Positions 18,368 through 28,814 are shown, counted from the stretch's first letter. The stretch: 64,000 nucleotides of DNA from Nitrosopumilus sp. (GCA_003331425.1 QOOS01000005.1:22144-86143); one strand, 5' to 3'. Numbers and translations are program-made. The notes: a model not told the origin generated them from the sequence alone.

Positions 18368-18990
18368 TGAGTTCTGATACTGAAGCAAAAACTGAAACTA
18401 AACCAGCTGCAAAACCAGCTGCAAAACCAGCTGCAAAACCAGCTGCAAAACCAGCTGCAAAACCAGCTGCAAAACCAGCTGCAAAACCAGTAGAATTACC
18501 TGCTTTTGAAAAAAGTATTTCTGATAAAGTTGTTGAAAAATTTGGTGATAAAGTAGAAGTTGAATTTGTTAAAGAAAATAGAGTTGGAATTAAAGCTAAA
18601 AGAGAAGATGTTCACGATGTTGCAGAATTTATTCGAGATGGATTGAATTATGATCATGTAGAATCAGTTTCAGGAGTAGATTATCCACAGGATAAAGAAA
18701 TTGAGGTAGTTTATCATATTGGCTCTTATTCGGACTCATCATTGGCTAAACAAATTCTTGTTTTATCTACTAGAGCACAAAGAGAGGAAAATCCACTTCC
18801 CGGAAAAGATGCAACAAAATTACCTTCTCTTAGAGATATATTCTACAGTGTAGAATTTCACGAAAGAGAAGTTTTTGAAATGTTTGGAGTTTATTTTAAT
18901 GGTCATCCAGATAACAGACGATTACTTTTGCCTGAAGATTGGGCAGATTTACCACCTCTCAGAAAGGACTTTGCAATAAAAGGACGATAG
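18367..18990 (+). CDS. nuoC: NADH-quinone oxidoreductase subunit C with N-terminal KPAA repeat
   Basis: HEREVFEMFG..F.GHPD.RRLLLP..W...PLRKDF. Confidence 0.95.
   Translation: MSSDTEAKTETKPAAKPAAKPAAKPAAKPAAKPAAKPAAKPVELPAFEKSISDKVVEKFGDKVEVEFVKENRVGIKAKREDVHDVAEFIRDGLNYDHVESVSGVDYPQDKEIEVVYHIGSYSDSSLAKQILVLSTRAQREENPLPGKDATKLPSLRDIFYSVEFHEREVFEMFGVYFNGHPDNRRLLLPEDWADLPPLRKDFAIKGR
18400..18490 (+). repeat. Perfect 12-bp tandem repeat (AAACCAGCTGCA)x7 plus partial copy, encoding (KPAA)7KP
   Basis: Read directly from the sequence. Confidence 0.97.
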
Positions 18991-18991
18991 A

Positions 18992-20128
18992 ATGACTGCA
19001 GAATTACCACCTGGATTAGCAATCCAAAAAGTTGACGAGAGAATTATGACTCTCAATGTTGGACCACAACATCCTGGTTCTGGACATATGAGAATTATTG
19101 TACAAATTGATGGTGATTATATTGTAGCTTGTGATCCTGATCCAGGTTATGTACACCGTGGAGAGGAAAAAATGGCTGAATATAGAAATTACATTACAAA
19201 CATTCCTCACTTAGAAAGACCAGTAATTCATGATTCGTGTAATGTTCTTTATCCATACGTTTTGGGTGTAGAAGAACTACTTGGTATTGAAGTTCCAGAA
19301 CGTGCAAAATATGTTCGAGTAATCTGTTCAGAATTAAATCGTTGTATTTACACAATGTACTGGCTTGCAATTTATGGAATCTTCTTAGGTCATTCTACAA
19401 TGTTTATGTGGCCAGCTGGAGACCGTGAACTCTTAATTGATTTAATGGAGAAAATAAGTGGTGCAAGAGTAACACATGCACACTTTGTTCCAGGTGGAGT
19501 TAGAAATGATTTACCACCAAACTTTGAAGAAGTATGTTTACGTCAAGTCAATTACTTTGAGAAACGTATCAAAGAATATGCTGCAGTCTTTTATGATAAT
19601 CCAATTTTAATTTCAAGAACAAGAGATACTGGAGTTCTTTCACGTGAAGATGCAATTAGACTTGGAACAACTGGTTCTGTTTTACGTGCAAGTGGAGTAG
19701 ATTATGATCTTAGACAAAAGGAACCTTATGATGTCTATGAAGAATTAGATGTTCACAGTAATGTGATGAAAGAAGGTGATTCTTACGCAAGATCCAAAGT
19801 ACCATGGCTTGATATGATGGAGAGCTGTAATATTATTAGACAAGCATTACAAAAAATGCCAAAGTCTGGTTCTGTTAGAGTTAAACTAAAACCAAATCCA
19901 AAAGGTAAAGGACTGGATTCTGTTTACAAACGTGTAGAATCTGGAAGAGGTTCTTTGGGATGTCATATTGTTTCTGATGGTAAAGTTGAACCATACCGAT
20001 TAAAACTGAGTGTTGGTTCATTTAGAAATCTAATTGCTTTACCATATCTGTTAAAAGGTGAAAAACTTGGTAACATGCCATCTGTTTATTGGAGTCTTAA
20101 TTATTGGCCAGTGGAGGCAGACCGATAA
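18992..20128 (+). CDS. nuoD: NADH-quinone oxidoreductase subunit D
   Basis: LNVGPQHPGSGH, GYVHRGEEK, VESGRG, C-terminal EADR. Confidence 0.96.
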   Translation: MTAELPPGLAIQKVDERIMTLNVGPQHPGSGHMRIIVQIDGDYIVACDPDPGYVHRGEEKMAEYRNYITNIPHLERPVIHDSCNVLYPYVLGVEELLGIEVPERAKYVRVICSELNRCIYTMYWLAIYGIFLGHSTMFMWPAGDRELLIDLMEKISGARVTHAHFVPGGVRNDLPPNFEEVCLRQVNYFEKRIKEYAAVFYDNPILISRTRDTGVLSREDAIRLGTTGSVLRASGVDYDLRQKEPYDVYEELDVHSNVMKEGDSYARSKVPWLDMMESCNIIRQALQKMPKSGSVRVKLKPNPKGKGLDSVYKRVESGRGSLGCHIVSDGKVEPYRLKLSVGSFRNLIALPYLLKGEKLGNMPSVYWSLNYWPVEADR

Positions 20129-21442
20129 ATGTCTGTAATTGCACCAAATTTCAAACTTAGTGGATTTATCAAATCTATAATTGATGATGCAGTTTGGTTC
20201 CTTTTGATATTTTCATTAATTGGTTTCCCTGTAATCATGATGGTATTATTTTATATTCCAATGCCAGTTATTGATGGAGAATTACTTACGCCATTTTTGG
20301 CATTTACTTATTTAGCGGATCCAACGCGAACACTTCCAATTGTTCAAGCCTTTATGACAACTGATATGTTTAAAGTAATGGCATTTCCTGGATTTGGTTT
20401 TGCTGCATTATTAGCTGCTGGTACTATTTTTGTTGAAAGAAAAATGTTAGCAAAATTACAATTAAGAGTCGGTCCTTTTTACTGTGGAAAAGTAGAAGGC
20501 ATTTTACAATTAGCAGGTGATGGTTTAAAATTAATTTCCAAAGAAATTATCATTCCGGCAAAAGCTGATAAACCAATTTTTTGGGCAGCGCCAGTTCTGT
20601 TTGTTGCATCTGCAGCAGCATTTGTTGCATTAATTCCAGTTGCACCAGGTTGGGTAGTTGCAGATGTAGATATGGGATTGCTTGCTGTTTTTGCTGTAAT
20701 TGGATTTTTCCCAATTGTAACTATTCTTTCTGCATGGTCTGCAAATAGTAAATTCCCATTCATTGGAGGAATTAGAGCATTATTCCAAATGGTTTCATTT
20801 GAAATTCCGTTAATCTTATCATTACTAGGAGTTGTAATGGTTACTGGAACTCTTAACTTATCTGAAATTGCTGCAAGTCAATCTAGTTTCCCATGGATTG
20901 TATTTTTACCAGTAGGTGCAATTGTATTTTTCATTACAATGCTTGCAGAATTAGAAAGAATTCCATTTGATTTACCTGAAGCAGAAAGTGAAATTGTTGC
21001 TGGATGGTTAACTGAATTATCTGGAATGATGTATGGACTCGTTCAATTAGGAACTTATTTGAAACTTTACGCATTTGCAGCACTGTTTGTTGTATTATTC
21101 CTCGGTGGATGGAATGGTCCAATGATAGTTCCACCATTCCCAATGGAACTTGCTACTGAAGGAATTGAACTTGGTCCTGTAACTGCAAAGATAGGTGGAT
21201 TGGAACCAATACTTAGTCAAGTAATTACTCAAGAAATGATTAATGGAACATTGATGTTTGTTCTAAAGACTGTTGGTGTAATCTTCTTTATACTATTACC
21301 AAGAGGTGTTTTCCCAAGAATTAGAATTGATATGTTGTTAAGTCTTGGATGGACCAAATTGATCGGTCTTGCTTTCGTTAACATCTTTATTGCACTAGCT
21401 TTGGTTTACGCTGGAGTGCTCGGGCCAGGAGGATTACAATGA
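20129..21442 (+). CDS. nuoH: NADH-quinone oxidoreductase subunit H
   Basis: ERKMLAKLQLRVGP, DGLKLISKE, RIPFDLPEAESE, PRIRIDM. Confidence 0.96.
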   Translation: MSVIAPNFKLSGFIKSIIDDAVWFLLIFSLIGFPVIMMVLFYIPMPVIDGELLTPFLAFTYLADPTRTLPIVQAFMTTDMFKVMAFPGFGFAALLAAGTIFVERKMLAKLQLRVGPFYCGKVEGILQLAGDGLKLISKEIIIPAKADKPIFWAAPVLFVASAAAFVALIPVAPGWVVADVDMGLLAVFAVIGFFPIVTILSAWSANSKFPFIGGIRALFQMVSFEIPLILSLLGVVMVTGTLNLSEIAASQSSFPWIVFLPVGAIVFFITMLAELERIPFDLPEAESEIVAGWLTELSGMMYGLVQLGTYLKLYAFAALFVVLFLGGWNGPMIVPPFPMELATEGIELGPVTAKIGGLEPILSQVITQEMINGTLMFVLKTVGVIFFILLPRGVFPRIRIDMLLSLGWTKLIGLAFVNIFIALALVYAGVLGPGGLQ

Positions 21443-21939
21443 CAAATACTGCTACAGGAATTGTACGTGCCCTAAATTCTGGAATTAAACATATCGCAAC
21501 TAAACGATTTACTCTTCGCTATCCTGAGGAGAAACTAAAGTTTGTAGGTGACGGTTATCAATTTGATCCATCTACGGGTGTTGGAATTGCTGGCCTAAAG
21601 GGTCGTCACATGTTATTCCATGATCACTGTACTGGATGTCAATTATGTTCTATTGCATGTGAGGGTGTTGCTGAAGCTATAGCAATGGTAAAAGTTCCAG
21701 AAGAACAAAAACAAAATAAAAAATCTATTATGCCTCAAATTGATTATGGGAAATGTGTTTTTTGTGGTTTATGTGTAGACGCATGTCCATTTTATGCACT
21801 TTACATGACTAATGATTACGAATTATCTTCATTTAGTAAAGAAGGTTTAATCTATACCCCTGCACAACTTGCAGTCAAACCCTATGTTGAACAAGATAGT
21901 GAAATTGTAATTACTAAAAACGGAGCAACTCATGGCTGA
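21439..21939 (+). CDS. nuoI: NADH-quinone oxidoreductase subunit I
   Basis: CTGCQLCSIAC and CVFCGLCVDACP 2x[4Fe-4S]. Confidence 0.95.
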   Translation: MTNTATGIVRALNSGIKHIATKRFTLRYPEEKLKFVGDGYQFDPSTGVGIAGLKGRHMLFHDHCTGCQLCSIACEGVAEAIAMVKVPEEQKQNKKSIMPQIDYGKCVFCGLCVDACPFYALYMTNDYELSSFSKEGLIYTPAQLAVKPYVEQDSEIVITKNGATHG

Positions 21940-22444
21940 TGCTGTATTTCTTGCATTAACTGTAATCACAATTGGTTCTGCAATTGCAGCTCTTGAAATG
22001 AGATCATTAATTTATGGTTCAATTGCATTGATGGGAACTCTTGGTGGTATTGCTGGTTTCTTCTTTATACTTGATGCCCCATTTGTTGCATTGTTCCAAC
22101 TAGCAGTTTACGTTGGCTCAATTGCAGTCTTAATTTTATTCACTGTAATGCTTGTAAAAAGAGAACTTATCTTTAAAAAAATTGAGGATAGAAAAAGAAA
22201 GTTTGCTGGGATTGGATTGATGTTAATTATTATGGTATCTTTGGGTGCTGTATTCTTAGACTCTGGAATTAAAACAATAACTACTGATGAACCTGCAGTT
22301 GATTTTAGAGATATTGGTACAGACTTTGTTACTTACTATTGGCCAGCATTAATTTTGATGGGCTTAATTTTAGCCGGTTCTGTAACTGGTGCATTAGTTT
22401 TAGCTAGAAGAGAGGATGTGGAGAATGACCAACGAGTTAGTTGA
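21932..22444 (+). CDS. nuoJ: NADH-quinone oxidoreductase subunit J
   Basis: QLAVYVGSIAVLILF motif, five TM helices. Confidence 0.92.
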   Translation: MADAVFLALTVITIGSAIAALEMRSLIYGSIALMGTLGGIAGFFFILDAPFVALFQLAVYVGSIAVLILFTVMLVKRELIFKKIEDRKRKFAGIGLMLIIMVSLGAVFLDSGIKTITTDEPAVDFRDIGTDFVTYYWPALILMGLILAGSVTGALVLARREDVENDQRVS

Positions 22445-22730
22445 TTTCACACTAGTCTCTATTGCTTTACTGGCAATAGGAATCTATGGACTAGCAGTAA
22501 AACGTAATTTCATCAGAATGTTATTTGCTGTTGAAATTATTATCAATGCAGCAAATCTTAATCTTGTCGCATTTGGTAGATTTATTCCTGATAGTGCTGG
22601 TCAAACTTTGGCATTATTTTCAATTGCAATTGCAGCAGCAGAAGTAGCAGTTGGATTGTCATTAATCATAGTAGCATACAGAATGTATCAAAATGTCGAT
22701 ATTGCAGACTTTAGGAGCTTGAAAGGATAA
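22425..22730 (+). CDS. nuoK: NADH-quinone oxidoreductase subunit K
   Basis: AVEIIINAANL, IAAAEVAVGL; ATG 22425 follows GGAG. Confidence 0.94.
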   Translation: MTNELVDFTLVSIALLAIGIYGLAVKRNFIRMLFAVEIIINAANLNLVAFGRFIPDSAGQTLALFSIAIAAAEVAVGLSLIIVAYRMYQNVDIADFRSLKG

Positions 22731-24283
22731 TGGAATATGCATTATTACAGGCTGTTTTCCTGCCATTACTGTTATCTCCAGTAGCCTATATTCTTGGAAG
22801 AAAAGTAGGTCCTACTCCGGCAATGTGGTTTACATTTGCAATTTTACTTTACACTACAATCCTAGTAATCAATGCAGCACTATCTGGAACTGTAGAAGAA
22901 CATTATCCATGGACAGAACAATTTGGTGAATTTGGTTTCTTACTAGATGGACTTGCTTCACCATTTGCAATTATGATTTATGTATTGTCTACCATCTTGG
23001 CAATCTATTCAAAACCATACATGATTCACAAATTCCATGAACAATTTGAAGAAGAACAAAAAATCAATCATTCAGAGAGTGGACAGTCTTCTGTTGTTGA
23101 ATCATCAGCTTTAACAAATTATGTAAATGCTAAATCTGGTCTTTACTTTGCACTTTATCTTGTATTTGCTATGGGAATGCTTGGAACAGTTATGTCCACA
23201 AATTTGATTGAATTTTATATTTTCTTTGAAGTTATGTTAATTCCTGGTTTCTTTTTAGTTGCTTTATGGGGTGATGGACCAAGAAGAAAAATCGGTTTGA
23301 TGTTCCTATTTTGGACTCATGCTGGTGCAGTTGTTTTATTGTTAGGATTTTTGATGATAGGTCTAACACTTGGTAGTTTTGATTTTGCTGATATTCAAGA
23401 ATCTGAATTACCTGCAGACATTGCGATGTATTCAGCGGTAGCTATTTCGATAGGTCTTGGAGTTAAACTGGCAGTTTTCATGTACCATATTTGGCTTCCA
23501 TATGTTCACGGTGCAGCACCTACACCAATTAGTGCATTATTATCTCCTGCAATGATTGGAATTGGAGCTTATGGTCTCTTTAGATTAGTTGTTGAATTCT
23601 TACCTGTAACATTTTCAGAACTTGCAATTTGGTTCCACATTTGGGGTCTTGTCACTATGATCTATGGTGGTGCTATGGCATTAATGCAAGATGACTTGAA
23701 ACGTTTCCTTGCTTATTCTAGTATCAGTCAGATGGGATATTTGCTATTTGGAATAGGATCAATGTCCGCATATGGTCTTGCAGGTGCTGAAATGATGTAT
23801 GTTACTCACGCTATTGGAAAAGGTATTCTCTTCATGATGGCCGGAATTATTATTGTTAAAGTTGGAACTAGAAGCTTCTCTAAACTTGGAGGACTTGCTG
23901 GTAAGATGCCAATTACTGCAGTATGTGCAGTTATTGGTGCATTAACAATAATGGGAGTCCCACCAACCAGTGGATTTATGGGTGAATGGATTATGTTTTA
24001 CGGTGCATTAGAAACTGCAATTGCAGAAGGTTCTACAGTTAGAGCCGTAGCATTTGGTTTAGGTTTAGTTGCAACAGCACTTACAATGTCATACATGCTT
24101 TGGATGTTAAAACGTGTATTCTTTGGAAAACTTCCTGAAAATCTTCAAAATGTTAAAGAAGGAAGTTGGTACATGACAATTCCAATGATGGTTCTCGCAG
24201 GATTTTCAATTGTAGTTGGAATTTATCCTGACATTTTCTTGAAAACAATTATTCCATACATGAACGGAGTGATGGGGGTTTAG
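22730..24283 (+). CDS. nuoM: NADH-quinone oxidoreductase subunit M
   Basis: FYIFFEVMLIP, HIWLPYVHGAAPT, LAYSSISQMG, PPTSGFMGE. Confidence 0.92.
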   Translation: MEYALLQAVFLPLLLSPVAYILGRKVGPTPAMWFTFAILLYTTILVINAALSGTVEEHYPWTEQFGEFGFLLDGLASPFAIMIYVLSTILAIYSKPYMIHKFHEQFEEEQKINHSESGQSSVVESSALTNYVNAKSGLYFALYLVFAMGMLGTVMSTNLIEFYIFFEVMLIPGFFLVALWGDGPRRKIGLMFLFWTHAGAVVLLLGFLMIGLTLGSFDFADIQESELPADIAMYSAVAISIGLGVKLAVFMYHIWLPYVHGAAPTPISALLSPAMIGIGAYGLFRLVVEFLPVTFSELAIWFHIWGLVTMIYGGAMALMQDDLKRFLAYSSISQMGYLLFGIGSMSAYGLAGAEMMYVTHAIGKGILFMMAGIIIVKVGTRSFSKLGGLAGKMPITAVCAVIGALTIMGVPPTSGFMGEWIMFYGALETAIAEGSTVRAVAFGLGLVATALTMSYMLWMLKRVFFGKLPENLQNVKEGSWYMTIPMMVLAGFSIVVGIYPDIFLKTIIPYMNGVMGV

Positions 24284-24286
24284 ATT

Positions 24287-26356
24287 ATGGCAACTGAATT
24301 AATGGGATTTGAAATTACAAGTGCATGGTTAATCTGGATGCTTCCATTTGCTGCAGCATTAATTATGCCAGGTATTGGAAAATTATCTCAAAATGCAACA
24401 AAGTATGTTGCAGTTGGATTTGCTCTAATGAGTGCTGTGTCTGCAGCATCCTTAGTCCCTCTTGCATTAGAAGCAGGTGAAGTTCATAGTCAAATAATGT
24501 GGATTGAAGCACTTGGAATTAAAGCTGGTGTACTAGCAGATCCTCTTTCAATTATAATGGCAAATGTTGTTGCTTGGATTTCCTTCTTGATTATGATTTA
24601 CAGTACTGGATATATGAAAGGCGATAAAGACATTACAAGATTCTGGTTCTGGATGATGTTCTTTATTGGTTCAATGCAATTAATTGTATTATCTGACAAC
24701 TTACTTCAAGTATTCTTTGGTTGGGAGGGTGTAGGACTTGCATCTTATGCTCTGATCAGCTTTTGGTATCGTGATAAAAAGAAAGATCATGTTGGTACTG
24801 AAGGACGTACTGTTCTTGGAATGTTAGATTACTATTCACCAACACACGCTGGTATGAAGGCATTCATCATGACAAAAGTTGGAGATGTAATGATGATTGC
24901 TGGTATGCTTTTGATATTCTTGTTTGCAGGTACATTTGGATTTAAAGAATTAATGGGTGACACTGATTGGGCAACTGCAATGGCTGCTCAAGGATTGTTA
25001 GTTCCTGCATTTGTTTTACTATTTGGTGGTGCAATGGGTAAATCTGCACAATTCCCATTAAATGAATGGTTGTTAGAAGCAATGACTGGACCTACTGCAG
25101 TATCTGCATTAATTCACGCTGCTACAATGGTTAAAGCAGGTGTCTTCTTGGTTGCAAGAATTGGTCCACTTGTATTTGCTTTAGGTGCTGCAGGAATTTT
25201 AGCAGATCAATTCTTTGAAATTGTTGCTTGGGTCGGTGCAATTACTGCATTATTGTTAGCAACACAAGGTATGGTTAATCCAGAAATTAAGAAAGTCTTA
25301 GCATATTCTACAGGTTCTCAAATTGGTTACATGATGATGGCTTTAGGTGTGGCAGGATTATCTCATCAATATGTTGATGGTTATACTGCAGGATTTTTCC
25401 ACTTAATTTCTCACGCAATGTTCAAGGCTTCATTATTCATGGCAGCAGGTTCTTTACTGCATATTGTTGGCTCTCGATTTATGACTGACATGGGTGGTCT
25501 GAGAAAGCATATGAAGAAAACATATGCATTCATGTGGGCCGCAGGTCTTGGTTTGATGGGAGCACCATTTATCACAACAGGTTTCTGGAGTAAAGATGCA
25601 ATCTTTGCAGCAGTATATGAATCTGGAAACGAATGGGCATTACCATTATTCATCATCGCCGTTTTAACTGCTATAATTACAGCATTCTATACCACAAGAA
25701 TGATTGGTTTGGTATTCTTTGGTAAGAAGAGTAAACATATTGAAAAGATGGAAGAGGAAGGACATCATATTCATGAAGCATCAGTATCTATGTGGGTCCC
25801 ATATGGCATTCTTGCAGTACTTACAATTGGTATCGGTATTATTGGATTATCTGCAGAAGAAGGATTACATCATACGTTTGAATATTATCTTAAAAACTCA
25901 TTTGGAATTTATAGTTCACATGCAGCAGCAGATGAATCCTCAATATTGCCAGAATTCTTACAAGGACTTAATCCAGTTGCATTAGGTGCATCCTTAGTAG
26001 CATTTGCTACTGGTATTGGATTAGGTTACATCTTTTACATTGGAAGATGGGTTGATCCTGTTAAATTTGTAAATTCAAATATTTTCTTTTATGCAATTCA
26101 CAAGCTTTTCTTAAACAGATGGTATCTTAACGCAATTGTCTATTGGTGCTTTGTTACAACACCATTATGGTTGGCTAGAGGCGTTTCAAGATACTTTGAG
26201 AAAACAGCAATTGATTATGGTATGAATGACGGCGTTCAAAAAGCCGCTAGTTGGGGTGCTAAAGTTATTCAAGGAACCCAAACCGGTGTTTCACAATCGT
26301 ATCTATTTGTATTTGGAGCAGGATTATTATTTGTAGTTCTGATATTGTTGATGTAG
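24287..26356 (+). CDS. nuoL: NADH-quinone oxidoreductase subunit L
   Basis: GWEGVG, GKSAQFPL..WLLEAMTGPTAVSALIHAATMVKAG, HAMFKA; long C-terminal helix. Confidence 0.96.
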   Translation: MATELMGFEITSAWLIWMLPFAAALIMPGIGKLSQNATKYVAVGFALMSAVSAASLVPLALEAGEVHSQIMWIEALGIKAGVLADPLSIIMANVVAWISFLIMIYSTGYMKGDKDITRFWFWMMFFIGSMQLIVLSDNLLQVFFGWEGVGLASYALISFWYRDKKKDHVGTEGRTVLGMLDYYSPTHAGMKAFIMTKVGDVMMIAGMLLIFLFAGTFGFKELMGDTDWATAMAAQGLLVPAFVLLFGGAMGKSAQFPLNEWLLEAMTGPTAVSALIHAATMVKAGVFLVARIGPLVFALGAAGILADQFFEIVAWVGAITALLLATQGMVNPEIKKVLAYSTGSQIGYMMMALGVAGLSHQYVDGYTAGFFHLISHAMFKASLFMAAGSLLHIVGSRFMTDMGGLRKHMKKTYAFMWAAGLGLMGAPFITTGFWSKDAIFAAVYESGNEWALPLFIIAVLTAIITAFYTTRMIGLVFFGKKSKHIEKMEEEGHHIHEASVSMWVPYGILAVLTIGIGIIGLSAEEGLHHTFEYYLKNSFGIYSSHAAADESSILPEFLQGLNPVALGASLVAFATGIGLGYIFYIGRWVDPVKFVNSNIFFYAIHKLFLNRWYLNAIVYWCFVTTPLWLARGVSRYFEKTAIDYGMNDGVQKAASWGAKVIQGTQTGVSQSYLFVFGAGLLFVVLILLM

Positions 26357-26369
26357 GAGATTTGATGAC

Positions 26370-27854
26370 ATGTTAGAAATTACTTCAACTCCTCTTGTAA
26401 TAATCGGTATATTGGGTACCGTTGGTATTCTACTTCCAATAATTAGTATTGCACGAAAAGAACAAGGTTCTAACACATTTTATGCCATTATTGCATTTGC
26501 AGCATTAATCGTATCTATGGGATATGTTGGATATCAATTCCTAGAAGAAAATGTGTCTCCGTCTGCTCTGTTTGCTGAAGATGTAGTTGTTGATGATGCA
26601 TTTGGTGGTTTCTTTGCAATTGCCATGTTGATAGTTGCTTTGTTCACTACTGTTGGCTCCTTTAATTACATGAGAAAACATAACTCTCCAGCTGTTTACT
26701 ATTCTCTAATTTTACTTGCAACTATTGGTATGGTTCTAGTTGCCTACTCAACTGATCTTGTAATGTTATTTGTTGCATGGGAACTAATGAGTATTCCAAC
26801 ATACATTTTGGTTGGATTTAGGAAAAAGAACCCAAGCTCAAATGAAGCTGCTTTGAAATATTTCTTGTTTGGTGCATTATCTTCAGCAATTATTGTTTAT
26901 GGTATTTCACTTGCATACGGATTAACTGGTTCTACAAATATTGGCGAAGTCATTCAAGGTTATTCCACACTTGATCCATCAATGCTTCCACTAGCGTTAT
27001 TATCAGTAGGATTGTTTATTGCAGGATTTGGATTCAAGATGGGATTAGTTCCATTCCACCAATGGCTTCCAGATACCTATGAAGGTGCACCTGCACCAAT
27101 TACTGCACTTCTTGCAGCAGCAACCAAAAAAGCCGGATTTGCTGCAACAATTAGAATTGTAATTTTGGGAATGGTGGTACTGCATCTTGATTGGACTTTA
27201 GCCCTTGGTATAATTGCAGTTATGACAATGACTATTGGTAATATTGCAGCAATTATGCAAAAGAATATTTCAAGAATGTTAGCATATTCTAGTATTGCAC
27301 ATGCCGGTTACATTTTGATTGGACTTGCAGTTGCTCCACATAGTTCTCTAGGTTTACAAGGTTCATTGTATCAGATAATGAATCATGCAGTTATGAAAGG
27401 TGCTGCATTTATTGCAATTGCAGGAATTGTAACAACTCTTGCAGTTACTCATATTGATAAATTAAAAGGACTTGGAAGACGAATGCCTGTAACTGCATTA
27501 GGTCTGGTAATTGCATTATTTGCACTCGCTGGTGTTCCTCCACTTTCTGGATTCTGGAGTAAATTGATGCTATTTGGAAGTGCATTAGATGCTGGTACTG
27601 CATTATGGTGGGCCCCATGGCTTGCAATTGCAGGTGTATTAAACAGTGCATTGTCATTAGCTTACTATGGTTGGTTAACAAGGAAAATGTACTTTGAAGG
27701 TGAAACTGAAAAGAGAGTTATTGAACCAAGATCTGTTATGGCAATTATGATCATCTCAACAGTCTTCTTGGTAGGATTCGGTGTTTATCCAGAACCATTA
27801 ATTAAATTTGTAGAACTTGCAACACCAGTACTTAGTTTAGGTTCTATGCCTTAA
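26370..27854 (+). CDS. nuoN: NADH-quinone oxidoreductase subunit N
   Basis: EAALKYF, FKMGLVPFHQWLPDTYEGAP, RMLAYSSIAHAG, GVPPLSGF. Confidence 0.96.
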   Translation: MLEITSTPLVIIGILGTVGILLPIISIARKEQGSNTFYAIIAFAALIVSMGYVGYQFLEENVSPSALFAEDVVVDDAFGGFFAIAMLIVALFTTVGSFNYMRKHNSPAVYYSLILLATIGMVLVAYSTDLVMLFVAWELMSIPTYILVGFRKKNPSSNEAALKYFLFGALSSAIIVYGISLAYGLTGSTNIGEVIQGYSTLDPSMLPLALLSVGLFIAGFGFKMGLVPFHQWLPDTYEGAPAPITALLAAATKKAGFAATIRIVILGMVVLHLDWTLALGIIAVMTMTIGNIAAIMQKNISRMLAYSSIAHAGYILIGLAVAPHSSLGLQGSLYQIMNHAVMKGAAFIAIAGIVTTLAVTHIDKLKGLGRRMPVTALGLVIALFALAGVPPLSGFWSKLMLFGSALDAGTALWWAPWLAIAGVLNSALSLAYYGWLTRKMYFEGETEKRVIEPRSVMAIMIISTVFLVGFGVYPEPLIKFVELATPVLSLGSMP

Positions 27855-28695
27855 ATGAAGTAAATTTAATTAATTCTTCTAAATTCATTTTTGCTTCGTT
27901 ATGTGGAATTTTTCTCAAAAATGATCTGGCCTTCTCAGAATATTCTTTCAACAATTCTTCCATTTTGTTAAAACCATCTCTTGGATCAACACTTTTCTTA
28001 ATTAGTAAATTAAATAATTTTTCTTCATTTTTCCAATCTAGTAAATCATCTCTTATTTGATATGCAATTCCAAGATTTTTTCCATATCCTGTTAATGCTT
28101 CAATCTCTTCTTCAGTTCCACCGGCTACTATTCCTCCGATTCTTGCTGCAACTTCAAATGCGGTTGCAGTTTTGTATTCTATCACTTTCAAGTAATCATC
28201 AAATGTAATGTCTCCACTTTCTTCTAATCTTCCTTCAATAATTTCTCCTTCACTCATTAGCATTGCAGTAGTTGCTAAATCTTTTGTAATTCTTGCATTA
28301 TCCAATCTTGATGATATTGCAAGAATTAATCCTAAAACAAAATCTCCTGTTAAGACACTCGTATTGTAACCATATTTTACATGAAAAGGGTCTTTTTGTC
28401 TTCTCATCGTTTCATCGTCTATGATGTCATCATGAATGATTGATTCCATGTGTAAAAATTCTACAGCACATGATGCTGCCAATACATTTTCATCTATTTT
28501 TCCTATACTCTCTGCAGATAAACTCAAAATTATTGGTCTAATTCTTTTTCCGCCTTCTAATGAATATTTTAGAGGTTCAATAAATTCAGATTCTGAGTAT
28601 AGTGCAAGTTCTTTATCCAAAGCAAGATCAATTTTTTTAATATATTCCCCATATGTCTCTAGTAGAGGATTAATTTCGATATTTTTCCTGTCCAA
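27844..28695 (-). CDS. Polyprenyl diphosphate synthase (probably longer-chain, quinone side chain)
   Basis: GGKRIRP, HDDIIDD..RR (FARM), YKT, QIRDDLLD (SARM); no aromatic residue at -5 of FARM. Confidence 0.88.
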   Translation of the reverse strand: MDRKNIEINPLLETYGEYIKKIDLALDKELALYSESEFIEPLKYSLEGGKRIRPIILSLSAESIGKIDENVLAASCAVEFLHMESIIHDDIIDDETMRRQKDPFHVKYGYNTSVLTGDFVLGLILAISSRLDNARITKDLATTAMLMSEGEIIEGRLEESGDITFDDYLKVIEYKTATAFEVAARIGGIVAGGTEEEIEALTGYGKNLGIAYQIRDDLLDWKNEEKLFNLLIKKSVDPRDGFNKMEELLKEYSEKARSFLRKIPHNEAKMNLEELIKFTSFKA

Positions 28696-28735
28696 GATAA
28701 TTGATCAAAACCCCTCTTCATTAGTAATTAAATCT

Positions 28736-28814
28736 TGGTGCTCCAGCCGGGATTTGAACCCGGGATCACTGCCTTGAAAGGGCAGTATGCTTGACCGGAC
28801 TACACCACTGGAAC
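28736..28814 (-). tRNA. tRNA-Glu(UUC)
   Basis: Acceptor GTTCCAG/CTGGAGC, anticodon arm CTGCC-CTTTCAA-GGCAG, GGTTCAAATCC, CCA encoded. Confidence 0.96.

Noticed and set aside
18400-18490. Tandem repeats (also 60875-60970) as possible CRISPR arrays
   Set aside because: No spacers, unit lengths are multiples of 3 inside coding genes, and no cas genes are present.
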